A DNA stretch of 64,000 nucleotides from positions 1 to 64,000 of the forward strand of contig NGBS01000899.1 of NCBI GenBank assembly GCA_002245135.1. The letters are read 5' to 3'. Each line of letters starts with the position of its first letter. Positions within the stretch are counted from its first letter, which is position 1. A program made the position numbers and the translations under genes. This DNA comes from Proteromonas lacertae. Its lineage: Eukaryota. The notes under the pieces were generated by a model. That model was not told where the DNA came from. It saw only the letters and a program-made list of their open reading frames with translations, and did no database searches. Shown here piece by piece: positions 14,001 through 24,306 of this stretch.

Positions 14001-14381
14001 AATACCACATTCTGTAAAAACTATTGCAGTATTTTTAGTACTACGCTGATCATCTACTTCTACACGAAAAGCAACGTTGTATAACTTAAAACCATCAGGA
14101 ATAGCATTGAAAAGAGTCAAACTAAGATCATTAGGTGTTGGATCACCATCCTTCACTGTATACTTAAGAGTAATCAGAGTATTAGTACCATTACCAATAA
14201 TAGCACTGTATGAAGCAAGTTCGATCGGACTTTGAGTGGTCATCTCAATCTGGATAGGTTTTAAAAGCCTAGCAATTCCATCTTTCACTTCAACTGAGTC
14301 AGCAAGATCGGCAAGTGAAGCAGCTCCTGCGTTTGACAAGAGTAAGAGCAGAAAACAAGTAATGAATAAGATAGATTTCAT
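8067..14381 (-). CDS. Polycystin-1-like/GPS surface receptor with tetraspanin insert, copy 2 (intact, intronless, ~2104 aa)
   Basis: Signal peptide; GLUG-like GGLxG repeats; REJ-like ILDGSKSIGDG..LKYEWSC; EGF (CIHGTCD..CKCNDDYYGERC); TSP1 (WSKW..CSAEC..RSRKC); GPS (CTYYD..CGAIHLSDF); PKD1-type HSWLS..TRSQRILCL..NALFF and LYGVKF..WIISSAIS..IQQP; tetraspanin LECCGY. Confidence 0.85.
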   Translation of the reverse strand: MKSILFITCFLLLLLSNAGAASLADLADSVEVKDGIARLLKPIQIEMTTQSPIELASYSAIIGNGTNTLITLKYTVKDGDPTPNDLSLTLFNAIPDGFKLYNVAFRVEVDDQRSTKNTAIVFTECGIVDTGVKVDFVDVTVQISSSIKLTCSHSDSRVGLLTNYLAAGSKLRGVGVIIRGDNGPVTVTVSMSLTNYFGFISGIYDCNIQQGICTNPDLSENLFVTGDKVIVEDGTSQSYFGNIFGLHKGKTYNNYVDLDNFYIKTSGAYVGGLYGNVDAVASGLSNYNDDVTSSIINVENSLFNLRNELKIEGTDEKFGGIAGLFNGAVFYKCFIQMKIKTAFPSGTNFGGLMGSASGMIKLHFVSVIILTSGSFALPSNGNVAYFHTATSGIGYYYDSYAYVDGVESQQMKAVGSGISVQANSNVVTYGNGIDTNDKFTHKDKTDIQSITDTLKDNFYLSSEIVGNERIPIFVQPNIPLITSDGLLANSSFSKYIELDGSSKIPEMRSGMNISFDIGSIVDNTVNSAQVYISLNVTPSKDVTINPILSSRITTSDINYNKVFNQYNMKQDYAITFDKSGDSINEESFSLSMKSDDLFYSSAQVPTYKFTIYPKEVNCKVGEECLIPIRGISYPLVHYNVSVNNEIISELNYVYTDRGDFFAKVTIPSSIQSEEILVKIIVGVNPYYVDYYKKEFEYQFHQEVFNDLSIKTARFVSASAIEVEFEEEIKSGITTKEDVCSSILKNTNLGSNARCFLSENDSKKMMITLSNDATILPSESSECVEGDVYDNTLQFIESSLQSEKNHVKGCINVKYGVVIETRAIIEGGNSIGCYDNIILDGSKSIGDGKRDLKYEWSCSDDKQTPTLIEAITNANIKNDKKIELTPGMFSSSGDYEFKLKVKSPLNKDYSEEVSHTVHSEDCDVPFKGYIEFVNPTTNPVDFGTSVTIKTAGWKQKTSSKSSEEIEYEFMATVDGNNYYLQDGFKSEANYTGILPMGEVTITVFAKGSNGQIGSTNKTQDGNEAKINIKRINVNDKAQLVQNTKEKLDTLQSSSQVFTYIGSVSKELNRNCKVETCIHGTCDSNRQCKCNDDYYGERCENHKPVDCSNCKPVEVCSGDCGSVECHSYNKCETMPQYGGKECEYNPQTYTKTLKECSNEGNVKGEWSKWIESECSAECINFNGLEVKGKMIRSRKCENGKKCDGEWFEIVDCYKTCEAPSKLCPGEYLDNDGNRHGKACSDHGDCKKTDTKCKEYDLNCYTKCECLSGYYGSNCEFSNETDSENVIKLNNQFMNYTETASESSNSHEQKSFVIESLLENESMLDEEIVKKSLKLVNSSIKSLSSSSSSVRIDSLSSYLKSISSMVRFEKKEEMFNKRRILVDEDKSVTSEAKNLVDEISKSYSKNVKGNEQEEEIKMENDIFDIKLLKCNKNKDGVINTSSGSVDLSNYNTNKRLLSGEIEDKSSIEIVEWKDNAIKEMENENITSGTLTISIIKEDGKNEEVENLNDPIYFTQRVSNDVALKDVECTYYDPETKKLSSKGVYVYNIERTSSVTIVTCGAIHLSDFTIRNNKIIPKMNIVNPISDAKLLGNYDSSNMIVPIILGCVLLLCALSWSYTKYRDNKEKSIIKERKADQFLNVGVLDEKVAENTLKKNIEEEKVNFLVRFWLDLKAEHSWLSPTLKPVNGIVVITRSQRILCLTCQLMTSTAVNALFFSSDAENVAQLISTSIISTLCMLPCTLIIPWLYKYANGCTSKTIKGKGKWYNLSFLKKRLDYILHNNVSNPTLTRMKIGLLGGCFVLFFFSLIFYICVLCIMPFGPPSLIFTVVLILLIIESIFTFISVNSFKKTPFIYLFVCDLILFVLCLVCFIYSILVTFDNNGSIHSLWKSLTKSVGTKELIIYIEDNLECCGYKSVDDYNVRNCFDNDYLAVGIDPISCSSKLSDAFKKYNYIWIIYFIVGILCLLEKMSLEMSYICFNFNKVLNNQDNTDFENAEIKEAGNKILNLFRIRVTKNKIQRKKEYVEWLRQRRMRTTITICVNSVVFIYIVFMVYINLLYGVKFASQQANSWIISSAISMAIDVCIQQPALILLNSVAASTMGAIVNFAS

Positions 14382-14565
14382 TCTAGAATATTCGTTATTT
14401 TCGGTTATTCTCATCTCAATTTTTAATTAACCTTTTCATTAGAATAACGAGTGCATTAATTATAATTATGATGAAAGAATTATTTCTAGTAAGAATTATT
14501 TCCGAAGAACAGTATGTTTATAATGATTTATTTTCTATTTCATATAACTAAAATATCAATATATA

Positions 14566-17449
14566 TTAAATTATTGGTGATCTTCTTAATATTGAGTGAT
14601 TTAAACAACATTTCACTTTCATTGTATCAAGAAGTATTATATCATGATCAATTGGGAATAAATCATCGATATTTATTCCAAATATATCACATCGATAATT
14701 ATTTGATTGATCTCCAGCTTCTACTGCTCTTATCTTCTCAATTGTGTTTATACTATTCTGAATAAACCTCAATAATATTGGTTTGCATAAGGATTTCAAT
14801 GAAGGAGGAAGAGGAGGTAATATATATTTGGGTGAATCAAAAAATATTCCTTTTACTTTATCACATACTTTGGTATAGAATGGCGGATTAGATAAAACAT
14901 CTGCATTTAAGGAACAATAACTATCAATCCATTTATCTCCACAATTATCTAATGAATAATAAAACATAATATATATATATTATTATTATTATACCATATG
15001 CTTTTGATAATATTTGTTTATCATAATTCAATCTGTTATTATAATCAGTTGTATGAACTAATATTGCATTCTGATAATCTTCATCACTTTCTAATAACAG
15101 ATTCTCTTCTTCAACTATTTCAGTTAATATTTCTATCTCTGATTCAACCATGGCATATTTTAATATTGTTTGAAATATATTATGTAATAATCTATTCAAA
15201 AAAAATGAATTATATATATATATATACTGTTCACATCCTTGTGTATATAAAGGATACCATGCTGGTTGTTTTAAAAAGGTTGGAATGCATGTATATTTCT
15301 CAATTAATGTAAGTAAAGAAGGAAATTTAAAATCTACACTTGAAGACTATTTCATAATAATAATTAATATTATATATATATACAGTCGTAAGTGATAATA
15401 AAACGAAAGCATTTTTTTATATCTATCTTTTATAACTCCTTTTTTCAATATATTATTCTCCAATGCTATTTTCATATATTATATATAAAAATATAATAAT
15501 AATACCTTCAACAATTGTATGATATAATGATACTTTATAATTAATTGATAAACTACACAACCCAATTAATCCTCCAATACCAAATGAATTTAAATCATAA
15601 ATCAACTGTGGTTTGGCTTTATAACAATCTAAAAATCCTTTTAATGTAAGTTCATTATGAATATTATTCAGTCTTTCGGATTGTAAGAAAGAAGCAAATT
15701 GTTCTTCATTCTCAAATCTTAAAGACATTGGAGTATGTAAATAAGACTGTATTTTATTCATATCTAAATAGGAGAGTGTTTGATGATTTGAAGAAAATGT
15801 GTTAAATATGTTTGTTATTAACATCTCTTTTTCTTCACTATAATATATATTTTATGTATAAATATATATATATACTCTGATGATTGGTTTATATTTAGAT
15901 ACAATTGTGATTGTTCAATAATATCACTAAATGATTGAGTAATTCCACAATCAATATTTACATCACATAATAAATGGTTTAATGAACAACCAAATGACTT
16001 TGTATAACCATCAATTATATCATGATCAGAATAACTATATATAATAATATAGAGTATTAATATACAGAGATATTCTTAAAACTCTATCTGAATTCAATAC
16101 AACTAAAGATATTTTAATATGATGATAAACATTGTGGGTAATATATTGAATAAATTGATCTGTTAGAATACATTCTAAATCATCCATCATTTGAGTAATT
16201 GTTTCATCTAATTATAGATAATAATAATAATTATAAATAATAATAATATAAACTAATATATATATATATACTAGAAATTGTATGTTTTAATATTAATTCT
16301 ATAGATGTATGAAACAATGCTGATTTTGGTCCAATATTATAAGCAGATACTGGTCTTTCTTGTATATCCATTGCTTCAGGATCTGGAGTATTCTTGCACG
16401 ACTGAAAATGGAATTTAATCTTTGGTACACTCACTCTACCAAATGTAACATTACCTTTAAACGACTATATATTGTTATATATAAACAAAAAATACATGAA
16501 TTTTGGGATTTGGTTGGACTTCCACTACATTATGGCCAGCTCTTTTAATTACATTCTTCTTAAAAGATTTCATTTTATTAATACCACATTTTATATAATC
16601 TCTTAATTTATACCAAAACGGTAATACTAAAACAAATTATATAAATGTAATTATTACTATATATACCTGAATATTCAGATGCATTTGTTTCATTAATTCC
16701 AGTCTCATCATATTTCACTTCTTTCATAACAGTCTTATTAATGAATTCATAATTTTCTTTATAATCATTTTCTATTCTCATTTCACATTCTATTGTTTCT
16801 AATGTTATTAATATTTCACCTTCTGCTTTTACTAGACTTGGAACATCTCTTAACGCTGATAAATCATCACCTTGTCTTTCTAATAATGAATACCTCAGTC
16901 TGTTTGAGAGACACCAATCTATACAGTCTGTTAAAGGAATAACTTGAGGATGATCGAAGAATGTTAAAGCTTCATGATATATATCTAAAATATCTTCAAA
17001 AGATGGACATTCTATGTTTTTCATTATTGAATATCCTCTCACTGCTGATGCTAATATGATACGCAATGCATCAGAAGTTATTTCGTAGTTTGATGTGCAA
17101 TTAAATATTTTGTAAATGAATCTGATCTTTTCTTCTGGAGAACAATCTGATACAAATATAACTCCACAAAATAAATCAAATGATGCTATTTTTCCTTTTT
17201 CTAAGAAATGATAACAACAGTGATTATACTTTTTATATCAAAGGTATTAAATACTCTTTTTGCTTGATAAGATTTGATAGAAAAAGCGTTTTGTATATTA
17301 GTCGCATCAATATCCCATTTTAAATTTGGCCTTCCTTCAAGATACCGTCTCCAAGCTCTTTTTACATTAAAAAGAGGTAAATATGATATAACTTTGAGAT
17401 CAGGTTGTACTGCATTTATTAATGCCTCTCTAGAATAAGCTTCACCCAT
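14566..17449 (-). CDS. Multi-exon protein with N-terminal myristoylation motif and recoverin/calcineurin-B-like EF hands; the 3' end is uncertain
   Basis: Starts MGEAYS (MGxxxS). Spliced reading VFNTFDIK/KKGKIASFDLFCGV..SPEEKIRFIYKIFN resembles the NCS/CNB EF-hand pattern. Exons are linked by short GT-AG introns. Confidence 0.6.
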
Positions 17450-17514
17450 TAAAAAATGAAAAACAAAAATTGAAACGAACAAACCTCAGGCTTGATTTAT
17501 TTTAATAATTTCAA

Positions 17515-18966
17515 ATGTTTTCCTTCATTTCCAAGTTAGTAGGAACAATAGTTGGTTCTACTCCATCAACAGTATGTATTCTGTAATAAATTTGGAATAG
17601 GAAGATGTTCTGAATGCTCCATATGGATTTCAAGTTTTGGATGTCGTAGAAAAGTCTCCTGCTGCTGTAGCTGGATTAGTTTGCTTTTTTGACTACATTA
17701 TTGGTGCAAATGGCAGTAATGATGTATTAATTATAAAGTCTATTTTTTAGATTATTGTAAGCAATACACTAAAAGAAGTAATAGAAGAAAATGTAAATAA
17801 AAAAGTTGTTTTAAGTGTTTATAATGCAAAAAATAGAAAAACAAGAGGTATTAAATAAAATCATAAATATAATATATATATAGATGTAGAAGTAATTCCT
17901 AGAAATGATTGGGGTGGTGATTCACTATTAGGAACTCACATCAGATATGATAAACATCGATGTTCTGATGAATGTATGATAAATGTCTTAGTATATTTTT
18001 TCTTTATTTGTCTTATATATATGTATATAGAGTGTTGCTGCAGATAGTCCAGCTGCTCAAGCCGAACTTCAACAATATAATGATTACATATTAGGAACTC
18101 CTGAAGAAGAATTTGAATCACCAGATTACTTCCAAACATTACTTGCTGATAATATAGGAAAACAAATACCATTGTATGTTTATAATATACATACAGATCA
18201 AGTAAGAAAAGTATAATAATGATTATTATTATTATAGATATTATTAACACCATCATATACATGGGGTGGTAAAGGCTGTGCAGGATTACAAATAGGCAGT
18301 GGATATTTACATCAAATACCTGAGAAATATAGAGAAACAACTGGTAGTAATTCATATGCTAATCCATATTTACATCTTTTATCATCTAATATGCCACAAT
18401 ATTCATTATTGAAGAAAACTAAATCTTTAAATGTGAGTGGAAGAACAACTCCTCAATCTAATATAGAAGATAAACCAAAACAACAACAACAACAACAAAA
18501 GATAGAACAACAAGATATACATCCACAGGAGCAACAAGAAGAAGTAAAGACAGAAGAGCTACCACCTGAAATAGAACCAGAAACACAACAACAACCATCA
18601 GAAGAAGAAGAAGTAATAGAACAACAACAACAACAAATTCAAACACTTCCTCAAGAAGATGAACAACAACAACAACAACAAATAGAAATAGAAATAGAAC
18701 AGACACAACCAGAGACACAACCTGAAATACAACCTGAAATACAACAGCAAGATGAAAATAATCAATCACAACCAATCAATACAGATTCAATCCCAAACTT
18801 GCATATAGAAGAAGAATCTATGAATAAAGAAGGAAAAGATGATGAGAATCCGAAAGAGAATGAAAATCAGGATAAGAAAGAAGATGATCCAATTCTTGTT
18901 GAAGAAGAAGGTTGGGGTGATGAAACTCCGTTAGATATAGAAGATAATATTCATGCTAGCGAATAA
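17515..18966 (+). CDS. GORASP: Golgi reassembly stacking protein (GRASP55/65, Grh1) with an acidic Q/E/P-rich tail
   Basis: Spliced translation gives YGFQVLDVVEKSPAAVAGLVCFFDYII, PRNDWGGDSLLG, DSPAAQAELQQYNDYILG and WGGKGCAGLQIGSGYLHQIP, which are GRASP tandem PDZ signatures. Confidence 0.9.
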
Positions 18967-19076
18967 TTTACTTAATTTTGTGTTTTATTTTGAATTTTTA
19001 AAATTGAGTATGAAAGGTCTAAAAAAAGTGTCAGTTACAATTACAGTTTCGTTTTTTCTAGAAATATCGTTATATA

Positions 19077-19947
19077 ATGTCAAATAGCCGTAATAGCTTA
19101 AGTTCCCCCTCTAAAGGTAAAAGATGTACTAGATCAGCATCTGCTTCAATCACTCCAATAAGATTAGACGTATATTTTTTGAATTTAATAAATAATTAGC
19201 GACCACAAAGTGTGGATTATATGCCAATAAAAGAAAGAAGTCCTGGTCCTATGATGGTACCATTTTCTTCAGTAAATAGACAAGTTTATTCAAAATACAA
19301 TAACCCTTATGTTGCCTCATTTGATATTGCTGAAAGATGTATGCTAACTGATGAAACAAACAGTCCTGGACCAGGAAATTACAATGTAAAGAAGCCAGTG
19401 GGTATATTTGTAGAATCACAAAGACCAAACAGTCCATCGTATAGTATTTCCGGTCGTGAAGTTTTTGGAACATTTTTGAATGATATAGATGCTGCTCATC
19501 GACCAGGACCAGGTGAATACAGTCAAGATCCAGTAAATAAACCCTCCTCTCCACAGTATACTATGCAACACAAACCACATCCAATGAGAGATGCATCAAG
19601 AAGACCAGGACCAGGCCAATATAAGATTCCATCCACATTGGATAAACATGGAGCAATATTTGATCAACAAACAAGACCAACTATATTTGATGCACATGCC
19701 AATGTGATTGGTCCAGGTGAATATAAAACAGAAGAGTCTATAGGTGTTCAAAAAGCTTCTGTTAGACCAACTGAACCAATTCTATTCAATTCCAAGAGCT
19801 CCAAGAAGTACATTTAGAGGAATGCAAGATCCTTATTATAAGACAAAGATTCAATCAGCTTTAGGAAAGCAGGTATTATCCAAATATAAAACTGGGCCAA
19901 AATATTCATTAAGTGGTAGATTTGCTTTTGGATCGATATATCAGTAA
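19077..19947 (+). CDS. SHIPPO/ODF3-like PGP-repeat protein (one apparent frameshift near 19778)
   Basis: Repeats SPGPGNY, RPGPGEY, RPGPGQY, IGPGEY with P.YS/T spacers; one intron at 19170-19199. Confidence 0.8.
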
Positions 19948-20075
19948 TATATGTAGTATGCATTTTTTAATTTAACCAGGATTTTAATTTTTTTAACTTT
20001 TCCTCTTAAATGATGCTTCATTTTATTAAATAGATACCCGAAAATAGTACAATATAAAAAAGAGTAATACTAATA

Positions 20076-20348
20076 TTAATATTTTTTATTTGTTGGGGTG
20101 TAATAATAGTAGTTCTGTTCATCAGGAGGGTAATAAGGTGTAATTGCTGTATCATAAGATGGATCTTTATGTTTTTTGAATGGATTCTTGAAGTGATGTT
20201 CTTTATGTTCTTTTGGCGGTTTAGGTCTCTATAATAGAATAAATAATTATACTTTTGGTTGATTCATCTTTTTCCATATTGCCATACTAGCTACATTAAT
20301 TCCAATTGCTGTAGCCACCCACACAAACCAATCAGCTATATCAGACAT
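20076..20348 (-). CDS. Small hypothetical protein (~82 aa) with an N-terminal hydrophobic anchor; absent from the ORF track
   Basis: MSDIADWFVWVATAIGINVASMAIWKK, then a 24-nt GT-AG intron (20229-20252), then RPKPPKEHKEHH..TPTNKKY*. Confidence 0.65.
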
Positions 20349-20450
20349 TGAATTTCAATAATATTGTATTGAAGGACTAAAAATCGTGTCAAGCTTGAAA
20401 AAGTGATCTGAAACTATTTTTCTTAAAATTGCGTTTAGTAGAAATAGTTG

Positions 20451-23419
20451 ATGAGCTGGTAAGTCTGGATCTTCACCATCCGTCCAGGTTGTGTGTAGAG
20501 TCCGACCTGAGAATACAAAAGAGAAGCATTTAGGAACAAGATGTGTTAGTGTCTATTCAAATACCATTACAGTTGATGCAAATTGTGTTATTACTAAATT
20601 TAATTTTGATTATATATTTGGTCCAGATCAAAATGGAACACAACAAGATATCTTCAAACGTGTTGGTGAACCAGTTATAAAATCCATTTTATCAGGTTAT
20701 AATGGAACAATATTAGCATATGGACAAACATCATCAGGTAAAACACACACTATGCAAGTATATTCTATATTCTATAGTAATTATTGTTATAAATAGGGTC
20801 CAAATATTTCAGATCCGAAAGAAATGGGTATTATACCAAGAGTATTCTTTAATTTATTCGATGAACTCTCCAAGCCAGATTATGAGAATATCGAATTCAC
20901 AGCCCAAATATCCTATGTTGAAATATATATGGAAAGAATCAGAGATTTATTAAACCCATCCAGTTCAGATTTACATGTCAGAGAATCTCCAGAAAAAGGA
21001 ATTTACATAGATGGAGTTAAACTATGTTACGTGAGTAATCCAAATGAACTGTTAAACTTAATGGAAGAAGGTAGTCACAATCGTGCCGTAGCAGCAACAG
21101 GAATGAATGAAGGAAGTAGTAGAAGCCATAGTATATTATTCCTAACAATTACTCAAGCAAATACTAATACAAGTTCATTGAAAAGAAGTAAATTATGTTT
21201 AGTAGATTTAGCAGGTAGTGAAATGGTAAGAAAAACAAATTCAGAAGGTCAAACATTAGAAGAAGCTAAGATGATTAACAAATCATTATCAACCTTAGGC
21301 TTGGTAATAAACAGTCTAACAGATGGTAAATCAACTCATATACCATATAGAGATAGTAAATTAACGAGAGTATTACAAGAATCATTAGGTGGAAATTCAT
21401 TAACAACATTAATCATATGTTGTTCACCAAGTTCATATAATGCTGCAGAAACGATAAGTACGTTGAGGTTTGGTCAACGAGCCAAAAGAATAAAGAATAA
21501 GCCAATGGTGAATGAGCAGAAGAGTGTTCATGAATTAGAGTTATTATTACAACAAAGAGATGATGCTTTATTATTACAAGAAAAGAGAATATCAGTCCTT
21601 AGAGACAGTAATAGCTAGACAGAAGATTTATATATGTTATTTAACATTAAATATTAAATTATCTTTATTAAAGATGAATGGTTTAACGGATGATAATTTG
21701 GAGAATGAAATTAAAGAGATTGAAGAGAAGAATAATTTTGTATTAGGTGATAATGATAATGATAGTGATGAGAATATGGATATTACATTACCACCATCAC
21801 TTAATATATATAATGATATAAACATTAATAATGATGAAGTAGAAGCAGTTCCTATACCTCCACCACCTCATTTATCAATAGATATATATGATAATAATAA
21901 AGAGGGAGTGAATATAGATGAATTGTGTGTTGATGAACTTAGTATTGAGAAAGAAACAATAATTGGAATGAAGGATAATGAAAGAATGGAAGTAATTAAT
22001 AATGAAGAAAAAGAAAAGCAAGATAATATAAAAGATAATAATGAGAATGGAATAGAAGAAAGTAAAGAAGAAAATGTGAATGAAGATAGAGTAGTAAAGA
22101 CTGAAGAATGTGAAGAAGTTATTGATATAGATAAAGAAGAAAATAAGGAAGATGTGAATGTAGGTGAAGATACACAACCAAGTGTAGAAGTTAATCAAGA
22201 AATTGATGATAAAGAAATAGAAGAAAAAGAAGAAAAAGAAAAAGAAGTAGAGAATAAAAAAGAATATACTGAAATAAAAGAAGAAGAAGAAATGAAAGAG
22301 AATAAAGATAAAGTTGAAAGTATAGAAAATAATACAAATGTGGTTGATAAAGAAGAAGAAGGAGAAACAGTGAAAGAAGAAATCAATGATAATAATAATG
22401 ATGCAATAAAACAATCATATGAAGAACAACAATTAACAAATGAACTAAAATCACAATTAGAAAAACAAATAATATTCAATAATCAATCTAAACTACCTCC
22501 TCCATCAAAACCACCAGTAAACTTGATGATGATAAATAATAATCATTTTGACTCAATATCTTCTATTAACAGTTTACCATTTACACCTCCGTTACTTATA
22601 TCACCAGTCAATTCACCGATAGATTTTAATAATACTGATAATACAATTAGAAGAAAGAAAGCTAATTCATTATTAGATATAAGTCAATTAAATGGTAATA
22701 ATAAGAGCGATATAGTATTGAATAAATCGTTAAGTAGTTTACATTCGGATTCTAAGAAATCTTCACCAGGATTGAGAATAAGGAGATTTAGTTTGAATTC
22801 AATTGATAATGTATTGAAAGTAGAAAATGAAGTATTTTATTATTATATTATATTAATAGAAAGAATCATTTGATAAGAATATTAATCTATCACTAATGGT
22901 AGCTGATTATTCGAAGAAGAATAAATTATTAGAAGATGAAATAGATACATTGAGAAAAGAATATGATGATTGCATATTATTAATAAAAGAAAAGGAAAAA
23001 ATCATTAAACAATTAGAGTATATAAAATATAATAATAATAATTATTATATAATGATTTAGAGAAAGCCAAAAATCAGGAAGTAGTGAAAAATTGAAATAT
23101 ATAATAGAAGAATTAAATGAAATAACATTATTATTAAAAATGGATTTAAAGTTTGATATTGAAACAGATTTAAATGTAATATCATTTGTAATGGATAAAT
23201 TAAAGTATAATATTGTACAACTATGTGATCCTGGTACAATAATACGAAGTGTACAAAATTCACCAACAAAAGAAATGTCATTTTTTACATCTGCTGATGA
23301 TTCGTTAATTAATGGAGAATCATTGAGATTATTATCACTTACAACAGCAGAAGAAGAAGGAGAAGAAGGAGAAGATAAGACTAAAAAGAATGAAGAATTA
23401 AGAGTATATATAAATATAA

Positions 23420-23458
<39 letters not shown>

Positions 23459-24095
23459 GAAGTTTAAACAGGAAAATGAAGAGTTACTAAATATGAACAA
23501 AACTCTGACACAAGAATTATATAAACAAAGAAGTTTGTCAATTGATGTAACAGAATTAAACAATGAAAAAGAGAAATTGTTACAGAAGAATATATCTCTA
23601 GAAGAAGAATTAAAGAAAACACGAACATTGGAAATAGATATATCTAATATAACTCAAGAAAAGAAAGATGTTACAATTCAATTAGAAGAATTGAAGAAGA
23701 AACACAATAGTTTTATTCATGATTATAATAAAAGGATGAAGAAATTAGAAGATCAATACTGGAAATGCTTAACTGATAATAATACACTTCAAACAGAGAT
23801 AAATACGTTGAGATTAGCAAAGATGAACACAAAGAGTATGTTTTTAGTATTTTATGTATTTCTACTAGGAGAATTACAAGTTGATAATGTAGCTAAGATT
23901 ATAAAAGGAGGAAGGCCTGTTATTAATCAAACAAATGTTACTGTAAGAAATAGCAATGAATCTAGCACATCAAATCTATCAACAAATAATACAACATATA
24001 TTACTAAAGGTACTTTAACAAAGTGTAAGCCTTTTACTTTCTTAATCTCTCCAAAATCACATATATTTGATGAACATGAAATGATATCATCGTAA
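20451..24095 (+). CDS. Kinesin heavy chain (kinesin-1-like motor with acidic and coiled-coil tail)
   Basis: VCRVRP, P-loop GQTSSGKT, switch I SSRSH, switch II DLAGSE, HIPYRDSKLTR. Several introns; apparent 1-nt errors near 20454 and 21597. Confidence 0.92.
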
Positions 24096-24174
24096 AAGTG
24101 ATAAATATAATTTATATACCTTTATCTATATTTTGCTGGGGATAGAAAAAAAAGATAAATAAGAAATGAATATT

Positions 24175-24247
24175 CGCCCAAGAGGGGACTTGAACCCCCA
24201 ATCTCCCGCTCCGGAGGCGGACGCCTTATCCATTAGGCCACATGAGC
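24175..24247 (-). tRNA. tRNA-Arg (anticodon CCG)
   Basis: Reverse complement GCTCATGTGGCCTAATGGATAAGGCGTCCGCCT-CCG-GAGCGGGAGATTGGGGGTTCAAGTCCCCTCTTGGGCG folds as a cloverleaf with A and B boxes. Confidence 0.95.
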
Positions 24248-24306
24248 AACGCTAATTTTATTCAAAAAAGTATAGATAAATTAATCTCTTTACCGTTTCT
24301 TTAAAA

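Noticed and set aside
14548..14574. Possible AT-AG intron at the end of the EF-hand gene
   Set aside because: No U12 5' consensus, and a normal in-frame TAA explains the end.
18458..22479. Antisense hydrophobic ORFs (for example 18458-18775, 21875-22414) as membrane proteins
   Set aside because: They are shadows of CAA/GAA-rich coding sequence on the opposite strand.
23425..23452. (TA)n tracts here and near 62240
   Set aside because: Ordinary intronic microsatellites.
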